A stretch of 54,203 nt of DNA from Nemertoderma westbladi. Lineage: Eukaryota; Animalia; Xenacoelomorpha. The DNA lies in NCBI GenBank assembly GCA_032718475.1, contig JAUCBJ010009102.1, positions 1-54,203 on the forward strand, read 5' to 3'. A program made the translations under genes and the position numbers. Shown here piece by piece: positions 1-13,300 of this stretch. Position 1 is the first letter of the stretch; every line of letters starts with the position of its first letter. A model generated the notes under the pieces. The model was not told the DNA's origin. It searched no databases and was given only the letters and a program-made list of their open reading frames with translations.

Positions 1-1400
1 TCATACCTTAAATTCCTCCCTGAATGTCCTACTACTGTATGTATAATACTCTATCAAATACTGACAGTATTTCAAACTATTTCAAACTGCTTGCCCTGCA
101 ACCTGGCTAAAATCATACCTAATTATGCTCTATAAGAGTAAGGGAAGTAAATTATCCCCGGACTGTTACCGCGGAATAGAGCTACTATCATGTTTGTTTA
201 AAGTATATACTTCGATATTATTCACACGCTTATACGAATTCGCAGAACACCGAGGCCTACTACCAGATGCGCAATACCTTGCCCTTGAACCTAAGGGTGG
301 CCATTTATACTGCGTATTTGTTGATTTTCGAAAATGTTTCGACTCGATAAACCGAGAGATTCTCTGCAGGAAATTGTCGAATCTCGGAGTAAGTCGAAAG
401 TTTATTATCGCTATCTGGTTTATGATCGCTATCAACTACATATATATCTGTGTTGGAGTTCACATTCTGGAGCCTATTACTCAAACAATTGGAGTTGTAC
501 AAGGCGATAAACTGTCTCCTTTACTTTTTAGTCTTTTTGTATCAGACCTACCGGCCTATCTCATATTCGCATCAATTTGGATCATAATGTATGCTGATGA
601 TCTAGTCATAGCAGGTGACTCTATCGCGGAGGTTCAAGCTAGTCTAGTAAATGGAATCCAGGTCAACATTGCGAAGACAAAGGTGGTTAAGTTCCGGAAA
701 GGGGGGGAGATTATCGAGGACTGACATTCTAGAATATAACGGGCACAAATTGGAATTTCATAGCTCCTTTCAATATTTAGGAGTTACTCCCTCAACGAAA
801 AATGGATCCAGAGGACACTACGATCATCTATACTCGAAAGGACTCTCCAGTTGTGATGTAATTGCAACAAAGGTAAACCTACGCATCGTTTCGCTAGAAT
901 CCGCCCAACGTTTATGGCTGTGTATTATTGTCCTTCCATCGACCAGTTATGGCTGCAACGTCTTCACTGCAAATGGTGATCTAACGCAACTGGATCATGT
1001 GCAACGTGTTCGCGGTTTTTACTGGAATAAGTGTGGAATAAGCAAGTTTGCCTCCACCACAGCCATCCTAAGTGCCATAGACAATCCGGCTAACTCAGAT
1101 CCAAACGTGACAGGTCTCACAGGTTTCCGACGCCGCGCGGCAGCGCAGCTATTATCTAACGGATGCCACCACAGCCTATGTACGAAACTCAATTGCTGGA
1201 GACCCACGGAAGACTGCACCTGTTGGGTGTGTGGCTCCCTGGCGGCAAACACAGACCACTACAAACTATGTACGTGCATACCTCAGTGCAGTTCACACCT
1301 ACAGACAGCAATTTGGCTGATAACGACAGATGCTGCAACACTAACTATTTAAATCAATAGAAAGTTCCAGGCAATACTATACTGTTTATTTATTTATCTT
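1..1400 (+). mobile_element. Decayed non-LTR retrotransposon (LINE): reverse transcriptase plus Cys/His-rich C-terminus, 5' end truncated or outside window
   Basis: ORF 125-724 has RT motifs YRGIELLS, FVDFRKCFDSI, GVVQGDKLSPLLF, YADD and VNIAKTKVV. Frameshifted ORF 651-1352 continues with FQYLGV and CHHSLC..C..CTCWVC..H...C. AT-rich simple tail near 1375-1405. Clade not assigned. Confidence 0.9.
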
Positions 1401-1668
1401 ATTTAATGTGCCTTATATTATGCCAATCACCCCCTTCCCATATTTTTATTTAAAAATACATTTATTTTATTTAAGTTTATTTTATAAATTTTATGTGCTC
1501 AATCCATTTACAACATATCGTTTTAATTATGTTAAATCGAGTGTCATTACAATTAATAGGCATACTTATAACCATTTACTCCTTGAGTAATTAAACGTCA
1601 TATTGAATCTCATATTTAAAACCTATTCGACATACATTTCTGATTTTACAATCGCCTAATTTATCTAG

Positions 1669-1791
1669 CCGGCTGCACGACTAAGTATTGCCATGACAAC
1701 TCGCATTGTGTTATAAAAGAAAACGGATCAACCGAATGTGTTTGTAATCCAGGATTTATTGAGGACTATCCTGGCCATTGCTTCGACCTGC
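1669..1791 (+). CDS. Multi-EGF-repeat protein, visible exon 1 (EGF-like domain)
   Basis: tag|cc ... c|gtaagt; 123 nt, phase 1-1; GCTTKYCHDNSHCVIKENGSTECVCNPGFIEDYPGHCFDL. Confidence 0.9.
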
Positions 1792-2319
1792 GTAAGTAAA
1801 CCTCTCTGACTTTAATGTATTTTATTAATATGGGGTTAAATAAGGGGTTCATGTGAAGACGTTTTCAGAGTCTTTAAGCGAAAACATCTGTTTATTTTTC
1901 ATGTGAAGACGTTTTTAACTGAATTCTAAAAATGTCCTCCTCTCGTAACATTCCTTCATACCTCCTCGTATGAAGGGTTTCCGAGTCGCGTTGACTTTTC
2001 GCGATGGATACAGAAAGATTACCGCTCCTCTATATATTCTATTTTTCATTTTACATTAATGAATGACCAGTAATCACGGTTATTTTTAATTTGAATATAG
2101 GCCTATAAGGTGAAACTAATATTTATGAATTTATTAATTATTATCTCTTTTTTGTTTATTTTATGCGGTGAAATAAAGCAGGCAGCCGTAAAAACAACAT
2201 TGTTAATATTGTTGCTTTGCTTTCGGTTTGGTAAAGTGCCAACTGCTGAATATTTTATTAATAATATAATTTGTTTAGTGAATATATTCAATTCATTCAT
2301 TTTACTTTGTAATAATCAG

Positions 2320-2451
2320 ATCGGTGTCCGGAGAGTGTGTCCGAGGTATGTCCGGCCGACCGACAGTGCGTCCATGTTAGTCCCAGCACCAGACGTTGCG
2401 ACTGTCTACCAAATGAAATCTTAGATGGTTTCGGAAGGTGCGTCTCAGCAG
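2320..2451 (+). CDS. Multi-EGF-repeat protein, exon 2
   Basis: cag|at ... g|gtgaga; 132 nt, phase 1-1; RCPESVSEVCPADRQCVHVSPSTRRCDCLPNEILDGFGRCVSA. Confidence 0.88.
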
Positions 2452-2456
2452 GTGAG

Positions 2457-3670
2457 ATATTATATTATTATATTATTATATTATTATATTATTACTTATA
2501 TTATTATATTTATTATATTATTATATTATTATATTATTATATTATTATATTATTATATTATTATATTATTATATTATTATATTATTATATTATTATATTA
2601 TTATATTATTATATTATTATATTATTATATTATTATATTATTATATTATATATTATTATATTATTATATTATTATATTATTATATTATTATATTATTATA
2701 TTATTATATTATTATATTATTATATTATTATATTATTATATTATTATATTATTATATTATTATATTATTATATTATTATATTATTATATTATTATATTAT
2801 TATATTATTATATTATTATATTATTATATTATTATATTATTATATTATTATATTATTATATTATTATATTATTATATTATTATATTATTATATTATTATA
2901 TTATTATATTATTATATTATTATATTATTATATTATTATATTATTATATTATTATATTATTATATTATTATATTATTATATTATTATATTATTATATTAT
3001 TATATTATTATATTATTATATTATTATATATTATATTATTATATTATTATATTATTATATTATTATATTATTATATTATTATATTATTATATTATTATAT
3101 TATTATATTATTATATTATTATATTATTATATTATTATATTATTATATTATTATATTATTATATTATTATATTATTATATTATTATATTATTATATTATT
3201 ATATTATTATATTATTATATTATTATATTATTATATTATTATATTATTATATTATTATATTATTATATTATTATATTATTATATTATTATATTATTATAT
3301 TATTATATTATTATATTATTATATTATTATATTATTATATTATTATATTATTATATTATTATATTATTATATTATTATATTATTATATTATTATATTATT
3401 ATATTATTATATTATTATATTATTATATTATTATATTATTATATTATTATATTATTATATTATTATATATTATTATATTATTATATTATTATATTATTAT
3501 ATTATTATATTATTATATTATTATATTATTATATTATTATATTATTATATTATTATATTATTATATTATTATATTATTATATTATTATATTATTATATTA
3601 TTATATTATTATATTATTATATTATTATATTATTATATTATTACTTATATCATTATATTATTATATTATA
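2457..3670. repeat. (ATATTATT)n 8-bp tandem array, about 150 copies
   Basis: Near-perfect 8-bp periodicity, beginning within a few bases of the exon 2 donor. Confidence 0.97.
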
Positions 3671-4229
3671 CTATTTTATTTGTTTCTTTATTAAAATTGT
3701 ATTTAATCAATATTTTTGTAAACTGAAATGTGTACGGAGCCCCAAGAGGACATGAAATCCTCGTTTTTTTTACTTATATATTGAGTTAGAAGACACATGT
3801 CCGTGTCCCCTAACTCAATACTGTATATTGAGTTCGCGAGTATGTGTCTTCTATGTAACTCAATATATTGAGTTAGAATACAATATGTCCGCAAGGCATG
3901 TTGTGTTGTCATGGTTTAAGTAATTCATAGTGTAGGTAGGCCTACTTAATTTAAATCTTTTTGTCTAGTTTTAACCTGTAAAAATGTATTAAAATTTAAA
4001 TCCTCATGTATAATACATGTTACTAAAATCTTTTAATTTTATTTAAAATATTAATTAATAAGTAATAGGTAATTAATATATCTATTTAATACGAAACATA
4101 AATAATGAAATTAAGTATCTTGGCAGAGTAATTGAGGTAAGGGATTTGCGCCTGTAAGTTACTGGTATTGTGAATATTAAGATGTCGTAAAGTTAACAAA
4201 TTCTAAATTAACTAACGTTTTTTATTTAG

Positions 4230-4349
4230 ATTCCTGTATAACGGGTTTTTGCCCAACTAACTCGTATTGCAACCCGTTGGACGACTACAACCATGAATGT
4301 GTTTGCGAACCCGGTTTCAAGAAAAACGGAACTGAATGCATTCCATCTG
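4230..4349 (+). CDS. Multi-EGF-repeat protein, exon 3
   Basis: Branch-like actaac at 4211, tag|at ... g|gtgagt; 120 nt; SCITGFCPTNSYCNPLDDYNHECVCEPGFKKNGTECIPS. Confidence 0.92.
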
Positions 4350-4752
4350 GTGAGTGTATTACGTGTCGTAGTCACAGCCACAAACCGGGGACGATCTACA
4401 ATCCGTTTTCGGTATAAAATGATAGCTAAATTGAAATCGACTCACTAAAATTTAAGGATTCTGAAAATTTCAGGTTATTACGTCGAATTCCCCTCTCTGT
4501 TCCACCCTAACCTCTCAAATACGTGTAAATTTGGGTTTTAATTTTGAAAATTTCACTGACTCCAGTATAATACGATAGTTTTAAAGTGTCCACACAGTTA
4601 ATAATATAACAGTTTAAACACTTTGTAGTAATGGGTTGGGTGCTGTTGGTTCAATGTAGGGATCTACAATAGAATTTAGAATGGTGTTTAAGTGATTTAA
4701 TGTAACATGCAAATCGCTGCTTCTGATATGGGCGTTTTCCAAAGCGCTTAAC

Positions 4753-6625
4753 ACGGATATACAGTAAAAACGGATACACAGTAAAAACGGATACACAGTA
4801 AAAACGGATACACATTAAAAACGGATACACAGTAAAACGGATACACAGTAAAAACGGATACACAGTAAAACGGATACACAGTAAAAACAGATACACAGTA
4901 AAAACAGATACACAGTAAAAACAGATACACAGTAAAAACGGATACACAGTAAAAACGGATACACAGTAAAAACGGATACACAGTAAAACGGATACACAGT
5001 AAAAACGGATACACAGTAAAAACGGATACACAGTAAAAACAGATACACAGTAAAAACGGATACACAGTAAAAACGGATACACAGTAAAAACGGATACACA
5101 GTAAAACGGATACACAGTAAAAACGGATACACAGTAAAAACGGATACACAGTAATAACGGATACACAGTAAAACGGATACACAGTAAAAACGGATACACA
5201 GCAAAAACAGATACGCAGTAAAAACGGATACACAGTAAAAACGGATACACAGTAAAAACGGATACACAGTATAAATGGATACACAGTAAAAACGGATATA
5301 CAGTAAAAACGGATACACAGTAAAAACGGATACACAGTAAAAACGGATACACAGTAAAACGGATACACAGTAAAAACGGATACACAGTAAAAACGGATAC
5401 ACAGTAAAAACGGATACACAGTAAAAACGGATACACAGTATAAATGGATACACAGTAAAAACGGATACACAGTAAAAACGGATACACAGTAAAAACGGAT
5501 ACACAGTATAAATGGATACACAGTAAAAACGGATACACAGTAAAAACGGATACACAGTATAAATGGATACACAGTAAAAACGGATACACAGTAAAAACGG
5601 ATACACAGTAAAAACGGATACACAGTAAAAACGGATACACAGTATAAATGGATACACAGTAAAAACGGATACACAGTAAAAACGGATACACAGTAAAAAC
5701 GGATACACAGTAAAAACGGATACACAGTAAAAACGGATACACAGTATAAATGGATACACAGTAAAAACGGATACACAGTAAAAACGGATACACAGTATAA
5801 ATGGATACACAGTAAAAACGGATACACAGTAAAAACGGATACACAGTAAAAACGGATACACAGTAAAAACGGATACACAGTAAAAACGGATACACATTAT
5901 AAATGGATACACAGTAAAAACGGATACACAGTAAAAACGGATACACAGTAAAAACGGATACACAGTAAAAACGGATATACAGTAAAAACGGATACACAGT
6001 AAAAACGGATACACAGTAAAAACGGATACACAGTAAAAACGGATACACAGTAAAAAGGGATACACAGTAAAAACGGATACACAGTAAAAACGGATACACA
6101 GTATAAATGGATACACAGTAAAAACGGAAACACAGTAAAAACGGATACACAGTAAAAACGGATACACATTATAAATGGATACACAGTAAAAACGGATACA
6201 CAGTAAAAACGGATACACAGTAAAAACGGATACACAGTATAAATGGATACACAGTAAAAACGGATACACAGTAAAAACGGATACACAGTAAAAACGGATA
6301 CACAGTAAAAACGGATATACAGTAAAAACGGATACACAGTAAAAACGGATACACAGTAAAAACGGATACACAGTAAAAACGGATACACAGTAAAAAGGGA
6401 TACACAGTAAAAACGGATACACAGTAAAAACGGATACACAGTATAAATGGATATACAGTAAAAACGGATACACAGTAAAAACGGATACACAGTAAAAACG
6501 GATACACATTATAAATGGATACACAGTAAAAACGGATACACAGTAAAAACGGATACACAGTAAAAACGGATATACAGTAAAAACGGATACACAGTAAAAA
6601 CGGATACACAGTATAAATGGATACA
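4753..6625. repeat. 17-bp minisatellite ACGGATACACAGTAAAA, about 110 copies
   Basis: Direct reading; variants GTATAAATGGATAC and GGATATACAG; a ~340-bp higher-order duplication (AAAAAGGGA marker near 6052 and 6392). Confidence 0.97.
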
Positions 6626-6818
6626 TGGTAGACACGGTTGTGGTTGCTTGTGATATATTAAACATGGTAGACACGGTTGTGGTTGCTTGTGATTAATAAA
6701 CATAGTAGGCAGCCAACATTCTTATTGGCAACATATCCATCCCAAATGCCCAGTGCCCACCACCACCTATGGTAACGTTCACTACATAGCCCTTAAACCT
6801 TTATTTATTATGTTGCAG

Positions 6819-6941
6819 ACTCTTGTGACGGAGTTGTTTGTGATCTGGCCAATTCAATTTGTCTTAAAATATCCGATACAATTAAAAGGTGTAACTGCAA
6901 AGATGGATACAAATTATTTGATAATGCTTGTGTGATAGAAG
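6819..6941 (+). CDS. Multi-EGF-repeat protein, exon 4
   Basis: cag|ac ... g|gtaagc; 123 nt; SCDGVVCDLANSICLKISDTIKRCNCKDGYKLFDNACVIE. Confidence 0.92.
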
Positions 6942-7206
6942 GTAAGCGATATATATATTATATAGTTGGTGTTGAGATGTGATTGTGGAAGGACCCGAAC
7001 CCGAACTCTGCACTGTGACTCCATTCAAACAGTAATGTTTTGTTTAAAGTGACAATGTTTGTTTGGTCTATAGAATCTATTATTATCGAAAAACCTCTGC
7101 CGTAATTCCACAAATAGGTAATGATTTGTTGAAATTCACATTTAGTCGGCATATTGATGTATTTCTACAAAATATTATATATTTATTTTTTGTTATAATA
7201 ATTTAG

Positions 7207-7371
7207 ATGTTTGTCACAAAAAGGAATGTCATGAGAACGCTTTTTGCGAAGTTGTAGATGTTGCAGTTTTGGACTCTGAAGTTCAGCCAACCAATGCGAC
7301 TGAGAAACAGGCCAAGTGTGTTTGTATTTATGATCCGGAGTTTATAAACGTTGGCGACTGTCCTAATCCAG
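7207..7371 (+). CDS. Multi-EGF-repeat protein, exon 5 (long C3-C4 loop; its 3' end is the seed of the 56-bp array)
   Basis: tag|at ... cag|gtgggt; 165 nt, phase 1-1; VCHKKECHENAFCEVVDVAVLDSEVQPTNATEKQAKCVCIYDPEFINVGDCPNP. Confidence 0.88.
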
Positions 7372-10300
7372 GTGGGTTTGTATTTATGATCCGGAGTTTA
7401 TAAACGTTGGCGACTGTCCTAATCCAGGTGGGTTTGTATATCTGTCCGGAGTTTATAAACGTTGGCGACTGTCCTAATCCAGGTGGGTTTGTATTTATGA
7501 TCCGGAGTTTATAAACGTTGGCGACTGTCCTAATCCAGGTGGGTTTGTATATCTGTCCGGAGTTTATAAACGTTGGCGACTGTCCTAATCCAGGTGGGTT
7601 TGTATATCTGTCCGGAGTTTATAAACGTTGGCGACTGTCCTAATCCAGGTGGGTTTGTATTTATGATCCGGAGTTTATAAACGTTGGCGACTGTCCTAAT
7701 CCAGGTGGGTTTGTATTTATGATCCGGAGTTTATAAACGTTGGCGACTGTCCTAATCCAGGTGGGTTTGTATATGATCCGGAGTTTATAAACGTTGGCGA
7801 CTGTCCTAATCCAGGTGGGTTTGTATTTATGATCCGGAGTTTATAAACGTTGGCGACTGTCCTAATCCAGGTGGGTTTGTATTTATGATCCGGAGTTTAT
7901 AAACGTTGGCGACTGTCCTAATCCAGGTGGGTTTGTATTTATGATACGGAGTTTATAAACGTTGGCGACTGTCCTAATCCAGGTGGGTTTGTATTTATGA
8001 TCCGGAGTTTATAAACGTTGGCGACTGTCCTAATCCAGGTGGGTTTGTATTTATGATCCGGAGTTTATAAACGTTGGCGACTGTCCTAATCCAGGTGGGT
8101 TTGTATATGATCCGGAGTTTATAAACGTTGGCGACTGTCCTAATCCATGTGGGTTTGTATTTATGATCCGGAGTTTATAAACGTTGGCGACTGTCCTAAT
8201 CCATGTGGGTTTGTATTTATGATCCGGAGTTTATAAACGTTGGCGACTGTCCTAATCCAGGTGGGTTTGTATTTATGATCCGGAGTTTATAAACGTTGGC
8301 GACTGTCCTAATCCAGGTGGGTTTGTATATGATACGGAGTTTATAAACGTTGGCGACTGTCCTAATCCAGGTGGGTTTGTATTTATGATCCGGAGTTTAT
8401 AAACGTTGGCGACTGTCCTAATCCAGGTGGGTTTGTATTTATGATCCGGAGTTTATAAACGTTGGCGACTGTCCTAATCCAGGTGGGTTTGTATTTATGA
8501 TCCGGAGTTTATAAACGTTGGCGACTGTCCTAATCCAGGTGGGTTTGTATTTATGATCCGGAGTTTATAAACGTTGGCGACTGTCCTAATCCAGGTGGGT
8601 TTGTATTTATGATCCGGAGTTTATAAACGTTGGCGACTGTCCTAATCCAGGTGGGTTTGTATTTATGATCCGGAGTTTATAAACGTTGGCGACTGTCCTA
8701 ATCCAGGTGGGTTTGTATATGATACGGAGTTTATAAACGTTGGCGACTGTCCTAATCCAGGTGGGTTTGTATTTATGATCCGGAGTTTATAAACGTTGGC
8801 GACTGTCCTAATCCAGGTGGGTTTGTATTTATGATCCGGAGTTTATAAACGTTGGCGACTGTCCTAATCCAGGTGGGTTTGTATATCTGTCTGGAGTTTA
8901 TAAACGTTGGCGACTGTCCTAATCCAGGTGGGTTTGTATATCTGTCCGGAGTTTATAAACGTTGGCGACTGTCCTAATCCAGGTGGGTTTGTATTTATGA
9001 TCCGGAGTTTATAAACGTTGGCGACTGTCCTAATCCAGGTGGGTTTGTATTTATGATCCGGAGTTTATAAACGTTGGCGACTGTCCTAATCCAGGTGGGT
9101 TTGTATATCTGATCCGGAGTTTATAAACGTTGGCGACTGTCCTAATCCAGGTGGGTTTGTATATCTGTCCGGAGTTTATAAACGTTGGCGACTGTCCTAA
9201 TCCAGGTGGGTTTGTATTTATGATCCGGAGTTTATAAACGTTGGCGACTGTCCTAATCCAGGTGGGTTTGTATATCTGTCCGGAGTTTATAAACGTTGGC
9301 GACTGTCCTAATCCAGGTGGGTTTGTATTTATGATACGGAGTTTATAAACGTTGGCGACTGTCCTAATCCAGGTGGGTTTGTATTTATGATCCGGAGTTT
9401 ATAAACGTTTGCGTCTGTCCTAATCCAGGTGGGTTTGTATATGATCCGGAGTTTATAAACGTTGGCGACCGTCCTAATCCAGGTGGGTTTGTATATCTGA
9501 TCCGGAGTTTATAAACGTTGGCGACTGTCCTAATCCAGGTGGGTTTGTATATCTGTCCGGAGTTTATAAACGTTGGCGACTGTCCTAATCCAGGTGGGTT
9601 TGTATTTATGATCCGGAGTTTATAAACGTTGGCGACTGTCCTAATCCAGGTGGGTTTGTATTTATGATCCGGAGTTTATAAACGTTTGCGACTGTCCTAA
9701 TCCAGGTGGGTTTGTATTTATGATCCGGAGTTTATAAACGTTGGCGACTGTCCTAATCCAGGTGGGTTTGTATTTATGATCCGGAGTTTATAAACGTTGG
9801 CGACTGTCCTAATCCAGGTGGGTTTGTATTTATGATCCGGAGTTTATAAACGTTGGCGACTGTCCTAATCCAGGTGGGTTTGTATTTATGATCCGGAGTT
9901 TATAAACGTTGGCGACTGTCCTAATCCATGTGGGTTTGTATTTATGATCCGGAGTTTATAAACGTTGGCGACCGTCCTAATCCAGGTGGGTTTGTATTTA
10001 TGATACGGAGTTTATAAACGTTGGCGACTGTCCTAATCCAGGTGGGTTTGTATTTATGATACGGAGTTTATAAACGTTGGCGACTGTCCTAATCCAGGTG
10101 GGTTTGTATTTATGATCCGGAGTTTATAAACGTTGGCGACTGTCCTAATCCAGGTGGGTTTGTATTTATGATCCGGAGTTTATAAACGTTGGCGACTGTC
10201 CTAATCCATGTGGGTTTGTATTTATGATCCGGAGTTTATAAACGTTGGCGACCGTCCTAATCCAGGTGGGTTTGTATTTATGATACGGAGTTTATAAACG

Positions 10301-13300
10301 TTGGCGACTGTCCTAATCCAGGTGGGTTTGTATTTATGATACGGAGTTTATAAACGTTGGCGACTGTCCTAATCCAGGTGGGTTTGTATTTATGATCCGG
10401 AGTTTATAAACGTTGGCGACTGTCCTAATCCAGGTGGGTTTGTATTTATGATCCGGAGTTTATAAACGTTGGCGACTGTCCTAATCCAGGTGGGTTTGTA
10501 TTTATGATCCGGAGTTTATAAACGTTGGCGACTGTCCTAATCCAGGTGGGTTTGTATTTATGATCCGGAGTTTATAAACGTTGGCGACTGTCCTAATCCA
10601 TGTGGGTTTGTATTTATGATCCGGAGTTTATAAACGTTGGCGACTGTCCTAATCCAGGTGGGTTTGTATTTATGATCCGGAGTTTATAAACGTTGGCGAC
10701 TGTCCTAATCCAGGTGGGTTTGTATATGATCCGGAGTTTATAAACGTTGGCGACTGTCCTAATCCAGGTGGGTTTGTATATCTGTCCGGAGTTTATAAAC
10801 GTTGGCGACTGTCCTAATCCAGGTGGGTTTGTATATGATCCGGAGTTTATAAACGTTGGCGACTGTCCTAATCCAGGTGGGTTTGTATATCTGTCCGGAG
10901 TTTATAAACGTTGGCGACTGTCCTAATCCAGGTGGGTTTGTATATCTGTCCGGAGTTTATAAACGTTGGCGACTGTCCTAATCCAGGTGGGTTTGTATAT
11001 GATCCGGAGTTTATAAACGTTGGCGACTGTCCTAATCCAGGTGGGTTTGTATATCTGTNNNNNNNNNNNNNNNNNNNNNNNNNNNNNNNNNNNNNNNNNN
11101 NNNNNNNNNNNNNNNNNNNNNNNNNNNNNNNNNNNNNNNNNNNNNNNNNNNNNNNNNNGAGTTTATAAACGTTGGCGACTGTCCTAATCCAGGTGGGTTT
11201 GTATTATGATCCGGAGTTTATAAACGTTGGCGACTGTCCTAATCCAGGTGGGTTTGTATTTATGATCCGGAGTTTATAAACGTTGGCGACTGTCCTAATC
11301 CAGGTGGGTTTGTATATATGATCCGGAGTTTATAAACGTTGGCGACTGTCCTAATCCAGGTGGGTTTGTATTTATGATCCGGAGTTTATAAACGTTGGCG
11401 ACTGTCCTAATCCAGGTGGGTTTGTATTTATGATCCGGAGTTTATAAACGTTGGCGACTGTCCTAATCCAGGTGGGTTTGTATTTATGATCCGGAGTTTA
11501 TAAACGTTGGCGACTGTCCTAATCCAGGTGGGTTTGTATTTATGATCCGGAGTTTATAAACGTTGGCGACTGTCCTAATCCAGGTGGGTTTGTATTTATG
11601 ATCCGGAGTTTATAAACGTTGGCGACTGTCCTAATCCAGGTGGGTTTGTATTTATGATCCGGAGTTTATAAACGTTGGCGACTGTCCTAATCCAGGTGGG
11701 TTTGTATTTATGATCCGGAGTTTATAAACGTTGGCGACTGTCCTAATCCAGGTGGGTTTGTATTTATGATCCGGAGTTTATAAACGTTGGCGACTGTCCT
11801 AATCCAGGTGGGTTTGTATTTATGATCCGGAGTTTATAAACGTTGGCGACTGTCCTAATCCAGGTGGGTTTGTATTTATGATCCGGAGTTTATAAACGTT
11901 GGCGACTGTCCTAATCCAGGTGGGTTTGTATTTATGATCCGGAGTTTATAAACGTTGGCGACTGTCCTAATCCAGGTGGGTTTGTATTTATGATCCGGAG
12001 TTTATAAACGTTGGCGACTGTCCTAATCCAGGTGGGTTTGTATTTATGATCCGGAGTTTATAAACGTTGGCGACTGTCCTAATCCAGGTGGGTTTGTATT
12101 TATGATCCGGAGTTTATAAACGTTGGCGACTGTCCTAATCCAGGTGGGTTTGTATTTATGATCCGGAGTTTATAAACGTTGGCGACTGTCCTAATCCAGG
12201 TGGGTTTGTATTTATGATCCGGAGTTTATAAACGTTGGCGACTGTCCTAATCCAGGTGGGTTTGTATTTATGATCCGGAGTTTATAAACGTTGGCGACTG
12301 TCCTAATCCAGGTGGGTTTGTATTTATGATCCGGAGTTTATAAACGTTGGCGACTGTCCTAATCCAGGTGGGTTTGTATTTATGATCCGGAGTTTATAAA
12401 CGTTGGCGACTGTCCTAATCCAGGTGGGTTTGTATTTATGATCCGGAGTTTATAAACGTTGGCGACTGTCCTAATCCAGGTGGGTTTGTATTTATGATCC
12501 GGAGTTTATAAACGTTGGCGACTGTCCTAATCCAGGTGGGTTTGTATTTATGATCCGGAGTTTATAAACGTTGGCGACTGTCCTAATCCAGGTGGGTTTG
12601 TATTTATGATCCGGAGTTTATAAACGTTGGCGACTGTCCTAATCCAGGTGGGTTTGTATTTATGATCCGGAGTTTATAAACGTTGGCGACTGTCCTAATC
12701 CAGGTGGGTTTGTATTTATGATCCGGAGTTTATAAACGTTGGCGACTGTCCTAATCCAGGTGGGTTTGTATTTATGATCCGGAGTTTATAAACGTTGGCG
12801 ACTGTCCTAATCCAGGTGGGTTTGTATTTATGATCCGGAGTTTATAAACGTTGGCGACTGTCCTAATCCAGGTGGGTTTGTATATCTGATCCGGAGTTTA
12901 TAAACGTTGGCGACTGTCCTAATCCAGGTGGGTTTGTATTTATGATCCGGAGTTTATAAACGTTGGCGACTGTCCTAATCCAGGTGGGTTTGTATTTATG
13001 ATCCGGAGTTTATAAACGTTGGCGACTGTCCTAATCCAGGTGGGTTTGTATTTATGATCCGGAGTTTATAAACGTTGGCGACTGTCCTAATCCAGGTGGG
13101 TTTGTATTTATGATCCGGAGTTTATAAACGTTGGCGACTGTCCTAATCCAGGTGGGTTTGTATTTATGATCCGGAGTTTATAAACGTTGGCGACTGTCCT
13201 AATCCAGGTGGGTTTGTATTTATGATCCGGAGTTTATAAACGTTGGCGACTGTCCTAATCCAGGTGGGTTTGTATTTATGATCCGGAGTTTATAAACGTT

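Noticed and set aside
3775-3890. Local inverted repeats (aactcaatatattgagtt)
   Set aside because: Short degenerate repeat relic with no definable ends or function.
2337-6703. Long ORFs (up to 619 aa) over the 8-bp and 17-bp arrays
   Set aside because: Stop-free frames of simple repeats, open in several frames at once; only 2320-2451 within them is a real exon.
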